A stretch of 64,000 nt of DNA. It comes from Tubulanus polymorphus. Lineage: Eukaryota > Animalia > Nemertea. Shown here piece after piece: positions 54,001 to 64,000 of the stretch (its first letter is position 1; the number at the start of each line of letters is the position of its first letter). Position numbers and translations under genes: made by a program. Under the pieces are notes generated by a model. The model did not search any database. It was not told the origin of the DNA and worked only from the letters and a program-made list of their open reading frames with translations. Where the stretch lies: contig NC_134033.1 of NCBI RefSeq assembly GCF_964204645.1, forward strand, positions 10,176,655 to 10,240,654, written 5' to 3'.

Positions 54001-57000
54001 AAAACTGAGAGAACAACCAGTCCAACAACAACTGAGACTACAACCAGTCCAACTACAACTGAGTCGACAACCAGTTCAACTTCAACTGAGGCTACAACCA
54101 GTCCAACCACAACTGAATCCAAAATGAGCCCTACCACAACTGAGAGTACAACCAGTCCAACAACAACTGAGACTACAACCAGTCCAACTACAACTGAGTC
54201 GACAACCAGTTCAACTTTAACTGAGGCTACAACCAGTCCAACCACAGCTGAGTCCACGACAGGTCCTACAACAACCGAGAGTACAACCAGTCCAACTACA
54301 ACTGAGGCTACAACCAGTTCAACTACAAGTGAGAGTACAACTGAGACTACTACCAGTCCAATTACAACTGAGTCGACAACCAGTTTAATCTCAACTGAGT
54401 CATTAACAAGCCCAACAACAACTGAGAGTACAACCAGTCCAACTACAACTGAGACTACAACCAGTCCAACTACAACTAAGTCGACAACCAGTTCAATTTC
54501 AACTGAGTCATTAACAAGCCCAACAACAACTGATAGTACAACCAGTCCAACTACAACTGTGACTACTACCAGTCCAACTACAACTGAGTCGACAACCATT
54601 TCAACTTCAACTGAGGCTATAACCAGTCCAACCACAACTGAGTCCACAACAAGTCCTACCACAACTGAGAGTACAACCAGTCCAACTACAACTGTGACTA
54701 CTACTAGTCCAACTACATCTGAGTCGACAACCAGTTCAACTTCAACTGAGTCAACAACCAGTCCAACTACAACTATGACTTCCACCAGTTCAACTACAAC
54801 TGAGACTACAACTAGTCCAACTACAGCTGTGACTACTATCAGTCCAACTACATCTGAGTCGACAACCAGTTCAACTTCAACTGAGGCTACAACCAGTCCA
54901 ACCACAGCTGAGTCCACGACAGGTCCTACAACAACTGAGAGTACAACGGGTCCAACTACAACTGAGGCTACAACCAGTTCAACTACAAGTGAGAGTACAA
55001 CCAGTCCTACAACAACTGAGAGTACAACCTATCCAACTACAACTGAGTCAACAACCAGTCCAACTACAACTGAGAGTACAACCAGTCCAACTACAACTGT
55101 GACTACTACCAGTCCAACTACAACTGAGTCGACAACCAGTTCAACTTCAGCTGAGTCTACATCCAGTCCAACCACAGCTGAGTCCACAACAAGTCCTACT
55201 ACAACTAAGAGAACAACCAGTCCAACTACAACTGAGTTCACAACCCGTCCAACTACAACTGAGACTACAACCAGTTCAAATACAACTGAGACTACAACCA
55301 GTCCAACTACAACTGTGACTACTACCAGTCCAACGACAACTGAGTCGCCAACCAGTTCAACTTCAACTGAGGCTACAACCAGTCCAACCACAACTGAGTT
55401 CACAACCCGTCCAACTACAACTGAGACTACAACCAGTTCAAATACAACTGAGACTACAACCAGTCCAATTACAACTGAGTCGCCAACCAGTTCAACTTCA
55501 ACTGAGAGTACAACCAGTCCAACTACGACTGTGACTTCTACTAGTCCAACTACATCTGAGTCGACAACCAGTCCAACTACAACTGACGCTACACCCAGTC
55601 CAACTACAACTGAGTCGACAACCAGTTCAACTACAAGTGAGAGTACAACCAGTCCAACTACAACTGAGTCAACAATCAGTCCAACTACAACTGAGTCGAC
55701 AACCAGTTCAATTTTAACTGAGTCATTAACCAGCCCAACAACAACTGAGAGTACAACCAGTCCAACTACAACTATGACTTCCACCAGTTCAACTACAACT
55801 GAGACTACAACTAGTCCAACTACAACTGTGACTACTATCAGTCCAACTACATCTGAGTCGACAACCAGTTCAACTTCAGCTGAGGCTACAACCAGTCCAA
55901 CCACAGCTGAGTCCACGACAGGTCCTACAACAACTGAGAGTACAACGGGTCCAACTACAACTGAGGCTACAACCAGTTCAACTACAAGTGAGAGTACAAC
56001 CAGTCCTACAACAACTGAGAGTACAACCTATCCAACTACAACTGAGTCAACAACCAGTCCAACTACAACTGAGAGTACAACCAGTCCAACTACAACTGTG
56101 ACTACTACCAGTCCAACTACAACTGAGTCGACAACCAGTTCAACTTCAACTGAGTCTACATCCAGTCCAACCACAGCTGAGTCCACAACAAGTCCTACTA
56201 CAACTAAGAGAACAACCAGTCCAACTACAACTGAGTTCACAACCCGTCCAACTACAACTGAGACTACAACCAGTTCAAATACAACTGAGACTACAACCAG
56301 TCCAACTACAACTGTGACTACTACCAGTCCAACGACAACTGAGTCGCCAACCAGTTCAACTTCAACTGAGGCTACAACCAGTCCAACCACAACTGAGTCC
56401 ACAACAAGTCCTACCACAACTGAGAGTACAACCAGTCATATTACAACTGCGACTTCTACTACTCCAACTACATCTGAGTCGACAACCAGTTCACCTTCAA
56501 CTGAGTCAACAACCAGTCCAACAACAACTGAGACCACAACAAGTCCTACCACAACTGAGAGTACAACCAGTCCAACTACGACTGTGACTTCTACTAGTCC
56601 AACTACATCTGAGTCGACAACCAGTTCAACTTCAACTGAGTCATTAATCAGCCCAACAACAACTGAGACTACTACTAGTCCAACTACAACTGAGTCGACA
56701 ACCAGTTCAGTTTCAAATGAGTCATTAACCAGCCCAATAACAACTGAGAGTACAGCCAGTCCGACTACAACTGAGACTACAACCAGTCCAACTACAACTG
56801 AGTCAACAACCAGTCCAACAACAACTGAGACTACAACCAGTTCAACTACAACTGAGTCAACAACCAGTCCAACAACAACTGAGACTGCAACCAGTCAGAC
56901 TACAACTGAGAGTACAACCAGTCCAACAGCAACTGAGACTACAACCAGTCCTACTACAACTGAGAGTACAACCAGCCAAACTACAACTCAGTCAACAACC

Positions 57001-60000
57001 AGTCCAACTACAACTGAGAGTACAAGCAGTCCAACTACAACTGAGTCAACAACCAGTCCAACTACAACTGAGTCAACAACCAGTCCAACTGCAACTGAGA
57101 CTGCAACCAGTTCAACTACAACTGAGTCCACAACAAGTCCTACTACAACTGAGAGTACAAACAGTCCCACTACAACTGAGTCGACAACCAGTCAAACTAC
57201 AACTGAGAGTACAACCAGTCCAACAACAACTGAGACTACAACCAGTTCAACTACAACTGAGTCAACAACCAGTCCAACAACAACTGAGACTGCAACCAGT
57301 CAGACTACAACTGAGAGTACAACCAGTCCAACAGCAACTGAGACTACAACCAGTCCTACTACAACTGAGAGTACAACCAGTCCAACCACAACTGAGTTCA
57401 CAACCCGTCCAACTACAACTGAGACTACAACCAGTTCAAATACAACTGAGACTACAACCAGTCCAACTACAACTGAGTCGCCAACCAGTTCAACTTCAAC
57501 TGAGAGTACAACCAGTCCAACTACGACTGTGACTTCTACTAGTCCAACTACATCTGAGTCGACAACCAGTCCAACTACAACTGACGCTACAACCAGTCCA
57601 ACTACAACTGAGTCGACAACCAGTTCAACTACAAGTGAGAGTACAACCAGTCCAACTACAACTGAGTCAACAATCAGTCCAACTACAACTGAGTCGACAA
57701 CCAGTTCAATTTTAACTGAGTCATTAACCAGCCCAACAACAACTGAGAGTACAACCAGTCCAACTACAACTATGACTTCCACCAGTTCAACTACAACTGA
57801 GACTACAACTAGTCCAACTACAACTGTGACTACTATCAGTCCAACTACATCTGAGTCGACAACCAGTTCAACTTCAGCTGAGGCTACAACCAGTCCAACC
57901 ACAGCTGAGTCCACGACAGGTCCTACAACAACTGAGAGTACAACGGGTCCAACTACAACTGAGGCTACAACCAGTTCAACTACAAGTGAGAGTACAACCA
58001 GTCCTACAACAACTGAGAGTACAACCTATCCAACTACAACTGAGTCAACAACCAGTCCAACTACAACTGAGAGTACAACCAGTCCAACTACAACTGTGAC
58101 TACTACCAGTCCAACTACAACTGAGTCGACAACCAGTTCAACTTCAACTGAGTCTACATCCAGTCCAACCACAGCTGAGTCCACAACAAGTCCTACTACA
58201 ACTAAGAGAACAACCAGTCCAACTACAACTGAGTTCACAACCCGTCCAACTACAACTGAGACTACAACCAGTTCAAATACAACTGAGACTACAACCAGTC
58301 CAACTACAACTGTGACTACTACCAGTCCAACGACAACTGAGTCGCCAACCAGTTCAACTTCAACTGAGGCTACAACCAGTCCAACCACAACTGAGTCCAC
58401 AACAAGTCCTACCACAACTGAGAGTACAACCAGTCATATTACAACTGCGACTTCTACTACTCCAACTACATCTGAGTCGACAACCAGTTCACCTTCAACT
58501 GAGTCAACAACCAGTCCAACAACAACTGAGACCACAACAAGTCCTACCACAACTGAGAGTACAACCAGTCCAACTACGACTGTGACTTCTACTAGTCCAA
58601 CTACATCTGAGTCGACAACCAGTTCAACTTCAACTGAGTCATTAATCAGCCCAACAACAACTGAGACTACTACTAGTTCAACTACAACTGAGTCGACAAC
58701 CAGTTCAGTTTCAACTGAGTCATTAACCAGCCCAATAACAACTGAGAGTACAGCCAGTCCGACTACAACTGAGACTACAACCAGTCCAACTACAACTGAG
58801 TCAACAACCAGTCCAACAACAACTGAGACTACAACCAGTTCAACTACAACTGAGTCAACAACCAGTCCAACAACAACTGAGACTGCAACCAGTCAGACTA
58901 CAACTGAGAGTACAACCAGCCAAACTACAACTCAGTCAACAACCAGTCCAACTACAACTGAGAGTACAAGCAGTCCAACTACAACTGAGTCAACAACCAG
59001 TCCAACTACAACTGAGTCAACAACCAGTCCAACTGCAACTGAGACTGCAACCAGTTCAACTAAAACTGAGTCCACAACAAGTCCTACTACAACTGAGAGT
59101 ACAAACAGTCCCACTACAACTGAGTCGACAACCAGTCCAACTACAACTGAGAGTACAACCAGTCCAACAACAACTGAGACTACAACCAGTCCAACTACAA
59201 CTGTGACTACCACCAGTCCAACTACAACTGAGTCGACAACCAGTTCAACTTCAACTGAGGCTATAACCAGTCCAACCACAACTGAGTCCACAACAAGTCC
59301 TACCACAACTGAGAGTACAACCAGTCCAACTACGACTGTGACTTCTTCTAGTCCAACTACATCTGAGGCGACAACCAGTTCAACTTCAACTGAGTCATTA
59401 ACAAGCCCAACAACAACTGAGACTACTACCAGGTTAACTACAACTGAGACTACAACTAGTCCAACTACAACTGTGACTTCTACCAGTCCAACTACAACTG
59501 AGTCAACTTCCAGTCCAACTACAACTGTGACTACTACGAGTCCATTTACATCTGAGTCGACAACCAGTTCAACTTCAACTGAGGCTACAACCAGTCCAAC
59601 CACAGCTCAGTCCACAACAAGTCCTACTACAACTGAGAGTACAACCAGTCCAACTTCAACTGACGCTACAACCAGTCCAACTACAACTGAGTCGACAACC
59701 AGTTCAACTACAAGTGAGAGTACAACCAGTCCAACTACAACTGAGTCAACAACCAGTTCAACTACAACTGAGTCGACAACCAGTTCAATTTCAACTGAGT
59801 CATTAACCACAATTCCTACCACAACTGAGAGTACAACCAGTCCAACTACAACTTTGACTACTACTAGTCCAACTACATCTGAGTCGACAACCAGTTCAAC
59901 TTCAACTGAGTCAACAACCAGTCCAACTACAACTATGACTTCCACCAGTCCAACTACAACTGTGACTACTATCAGTCCAACTACATCTGAGTCGACAACC

Positions 60001-63000
60001 AGTTCAACTTCAACTGAGGCTACAACCAGTCCAACCACAGCTGAGTCCACGACAGGTCCTACAACAACTGAGAGTACAACCAGTCCAACTACAACTGAGG
60101 CTACAATCAGTTCAACTACAAGTGAGAGTACAACCAGTCCTACTACAACTGAGAGTACAACCTCTCCAACTACAACTGACGCTACAACCAGTCCAACTAC
60201 AACTGAGTCGACAACCAGTTCAACTACAAGTGAGAGTACAACCAGTCCAACTACAACTGAGTCAACAACCAGTCCAACTACAACTGAGTCAACAACCAGT
60301 TCAATTTTAACTGAGTCATTAACCAGCCCAACAACAACTGAGAGTACAACCAGTCCAACTACAATTGTGACTACTACCAGTCCAACTACAACTGAGTCGA
60401 CAACCAGTTCAACTTCAGCTGAGGCTACAACTAGTCCAACCACAACTGAGTCCACAACAAGTCCTACCACAACTGAGAGTACAACCAGTCCAACTACAAC
60501 TGTGACTACTACTAGTCCAACTACATCTGAGTCGACAACCAGTTCAACTTCAACTGAGTCAACAACCAGTCCAACTACAACTATGACTTCCAACAGTTCA
60601 ACTACAACTGAGACTACAACTAGTCCAACTACAGCTGTGACTACTATCAGTCCAACTACATCTGAGTCGACAACCAGTTCAACTTCTACTGAGGCTACAA
60701 CCAGTCCAACCACAGCTGAGTCCACGACAGGTCCTACAACAACTGAGAGTACAACGGGTCCAACTACAACTGAGGCTACAACCAGTTCAACTACAAGTGA
60801 GAGTACAACCAGTCCTACAACAACTGAGAGTACAACCTATCCAACTACAACTGAGTCAACAACCAGTCCAACTACAACTGAGAGTACAACCAGTCCAACT
60901 ACAACTGTGACTACTACCAGTCCAACTACAACTGAGTCGACAACCAGTTCAACTTCAGCTGAGTCTACATCCAGTCCAACCACAGCTGAGTCCACAACAA
61001 GTCCTACTACAACTAAGAGAACAACCAGTCCAACTACAACTGAGTTCACAACCCGTCCAACTACAACTGAGACTACAACCAGTTCAAATACAACTGAGAC
61101 TACAACCAGTCCAACTACAACTGTGACTACTACCAGTCCAACGACAACTGAGTCGCCAACCAGTTCAACTTCAACTGAGGCTACAACCAGTCCAACCACA
61201 ACTGAGTTCACAACCCGTCCAACTACAACTGAGACTACAACCAGTTCAAATACAACTGAGACTACAACCAGTCCAATTACAACTGAGTCGCCAACCAGTT
61301 CAACTTCAACTGAGAGTACAACCAGTCCAACTACGACTGTGACTTCTACTAGTCCAACTACATCCGAGTCGACAACCAGTTCAACTTCAACTGAGTCATT
61401 AACAAGCACAACATCAACTGAGACTACTACCAGTTCAACTACAACTGAGACTACAACTAGTCCAACTACAACTGTGACTTCTACCAGTCCAACTACAACT
61501 GAGTCAACTTCCAGTCCAACTACAACTGTGACTACTACGAGTCCAACTACATCTGAGTCGACAACCAGTTCAACTTTATCTGAGGCTACAACCAGTCCAA
61601 CCACAGCTGAGTCCACAACAATTCCTACTACAACTGAGAGTACAACCAGTCCAACTACAACTGACGCTACAACCAGTCCAACTACAACTGAGTCGACAAC
61701 CAGTTCAACTACAAGTGAGAGTACAACCAGTCCAACTACAACTGAGTCAACAACCAGTCCAACTACAACTGAGTCGACAACCAGCCCAACAACGACTGAG
61801 AGTACAACCAGTCCAACTACAATTGTGACTACTACCAGTCCAACTACAACTGAGTCGACTACCAGTTCAACTTCAGCTGAGGCTACAACCAGTCCAACCA
61901 CAACTGAGTCCACAACAAGTCCTACCACAACTGAGAGTACAACCAGTCCAACTACAACTGTGACTACTACTAGTCCAACAACATCTGACTCGACAACCAG
62001 TTCAACTTCAACTGAGTCAACAACCAGTCCAACTACAACTATGACTTCCACCAGTCCAACTACAACTGTGACTACTACTAGTCCAACAACATCTGACTCG
62101 ACAACCAGTTCAACTTCAACTGAGTCAACAACCAGTCCAACTACAACTATGACTTCCACCAGTTCAACTACAACTGAGACTACATCTAGTCCAACTACAA
62201 CTGTGACTAATATAAGTCCAACTACATCTGAGTCGACAACCAGTTCAACTTCAACTGAGGCTACAACCAGTCCAACCACAGCTGAGTCCACGACAGGTCC
62301 TACAACAACTGAGAGTACAACCAGTCATATTACAACTGCGACTTCTACTACTCCAACTACATCTGAGTCGACAACCAGTTCACCTTCAACTGAGTCAACA
62401 ACCAGTCCAACAACAACTGAGACCACAACAAGTCCTACCACAACTGAGAGTACAACCAGTCCAACTACGACTGTGACTTCTACTAGTCCAACTACATCTG
62501 AGTCGACAACCAGTTCAACTTCAACTGAGTCATTAATCAGCCCAACAACAACTGAGACTACTACTAGTCCAACTACAACTGAGTCGACAACCAGTTCAGT
62601 TTCAAATGAGTCATTAACCAGCCCAATAACAACTGAGAGTACAGCCAGTCCGACTACAACTGAGACTACAACCAGTCCAACTACAACTGAGTCAACAACC
62701 AGTCCAACAACAACTGAGACTACAACCAGTTCAACTACAACTGAGTCAACAACCAGTCCAACAACAACTGAGACTGCAACCAGTCAGACTACAACTGAGA
62801 GTACAACCAGTCCAACAGCAACTGAGACTACAACCAGTCCTACTACAACTGAGAGTACAACCAGCCAAACTACAACTCAGTCAACAACCAGTCCAACTAC
62901 AACTGAGAGTACAAGCAGTCCAACTACAACTGAGTCAACAACCAGTCCAACTACAACTGAGTCAACAACCAGTCCAACTGCAACTGAGACTGCAACCAGT

Positions 63001-64000
63001 TCAACTACAACTGAGTCCACAACAAGTCCTACTACAACTGAGAGTACAAACAGTCCCACTACAACTGAGTCGACAACCAGTCAAACTACAACTGAGAGTA
63101 CAACCAGTCCAACAACAACTGAGACTACAACCAGTCCAACTACAACTGAGGCTACAACCAGTTCAACTACAAGTGAGAGTACAACCAGTCCTACTACAAC
63201 TGAGAGTACAACCTCTCCAACTACAACTGAGTCAACAACCAGTCCAACTACAACTGAGGCTACAAACAGTCCAACCACAACTGAGTCCACAACAAGTCCT
63301 ACCAAAACTGAGAATACAACCAGTCCAATTACAACTCTGACTTCTACTACTCCAACTACATCTGAGTCGACAACCAGTTCACCTTCAACTGAGTCATTAA
63401 CCAGCCCAACAACAACTGAGACTACTACCATTCCAACTACAACTGAGTCAACAACCAGTCCAACAACAACTGAGACCACAACAAGTCCTTCCACAACTGA
63501 GAGTACAACCAGTCCAACTACGACTGTGACTTCTACTAGTCCAACTACATCTGAGTCGACAACCAGTTCAACTTCAACTGAGTCATTAACCAGCCCAACA
63601 ACAACTGAGACTACTACTAGTCAAACTACAACTGTGACTTCTATCAGTCTAACTAAAGCTGAGTCAACAACCAATCCAACAACAACTGAGACCACAACAA
63701 GTCCTACCAAAACTGAGAGAACAACCAGTCCAACAACAACTGAGACTACAACCAGTCCAACTACAACTGAGTCGACAACCAGTTCAACTTCAACTGAGGC
63801 TACAACCAGTCCAACCACAACTGAATCCAAAATGAGCCCTACCACAACTGAGAGTACAACCAGTCCAACAACAACTGAGACTACAACCAGTCCAACTACA
63901 ACTGAGTCGACAACCAGTTCAACTTTAACTGAGGCTACAACCAGTCCAACCACAGCTGAGTCCACGACAGGTCCTACAACAACCGAGAGTACAACCAGTC
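42060..64000 (+). CDS. Giant Thr/Ser/Glu/Pro mucin-like protein, 3'-incomplete; exon 42060-42195 joined to exon 48752->64000
   Basis: Donor G|GTAAGT at 42196 and acceptor TTTCATTTCAG at 48751 are both phase 1 and give ...RITHTISVALS-V-TMLLMIMIETVQS|SGSTTT (signal-peptide-like). Frame +1 reads repeats at both 48781 and 63961, and the ORF track lists no closed ORF from the ATG at 48757, consistent with an open frame of >5000 codons. Confidence 0.85.
42530..43000 (+). mobile_element. Penelope-like remnant with three tandem degenerate hammerhead units (42751, 42813, 42880)
   Basis: Units GTATTCCTGAA(GA)T..stem..GAAA(C/T)RT at 62-67-bp spacing; flanking segments (CAACACGGA..GTGTT, AGTCTCTT..GGA.TGTA.ATATAT, TTTCGGACTTTT) match the 21303-21556 insertion. 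Confidence 0.7.
45484..45527. repeat. Perfect 18-bp hairpin
   Basis: ATGGACGTATAAACTAGA - 8-nt loop - TCTAGTTTATACGTCCAT. Confidence 0.9.
47998..48631. mobile_element. Harbinger-like MITE, same family as 4005-4449
   Basis: TIR GGCCAAAAAAGATGCCTTGTTTCTC / GAGAAACAGGGCATCTTTTTGTGGCC; AAA on both flanks. Confidence 0.75.
48808..64000 (+). repeat. 27-bp coding tandem repeat, ~560 units, with kilobase-scale higher-order duplications
   Basis: Consensus AGT CCA ACT ACA ACT GAG TCA ACA ACC (SPTTTESTT); identical antisense ORFs recur at offsets 1998 (56028/58026), 5889 (56988/62877) and 9708 (53913/63621). Confidence 0.97.

Noticed and set aside
48702-63965. Many long Val/Gly/Leu-rich minus-strand ORFs resembling membrane proteins
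   Set aside because: Antisense shadows of the Thr-rich 27-bp repeat; interrupted by stops while the sense frame stays open.

Overview
Eukaryotic, AT-rich, intron-containing DNA, most consistent with an invertebrate animal; the species cannot be read from the sequence. All host genes are on the + strand. (1) A 15-exon ankyrin-repeat gene (981-7258) built from an internal module duplication. (2) A tandem array of near-intronless ATP-grasp ligase genes: two intact (22283-23708, 24880-26289), one pseudogene (31103-32277) and two orphan last exons. (3) Two GT31 (beta-1,3-galactosyltransferase-like) glycosyltransferases (33143-34246, 37259-38722). (4) A giant secreted or membrane mucin-like gene missed by the ORF track: a signal-peptide exon at 42060-42195 splices in phase to a >15.2 kb exon of about 560 x 27-bp (SPTTTESTT) repeats that runs off the window. 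Mobile DNA includes a degenerate full-length LINE with an esterase ORF1 (10641-~16160, minus), a mini Polinton/Maverick-like foldback element with a 6-bp TSD, a CACTA-like element, several MITEs, a tRNA-derived SINE, and four Penelope-like remnants with minimal hammerhead-ribozyme motifs, including a tandem array inside the mucin intron. The main hypothesis worth testing is that the co-oriented ATP-grasp + GT31 + giant mucin block is a co-regulated mucus/secretion-tailoring cluster. Only the adjacency is observed; the functional link is inference.
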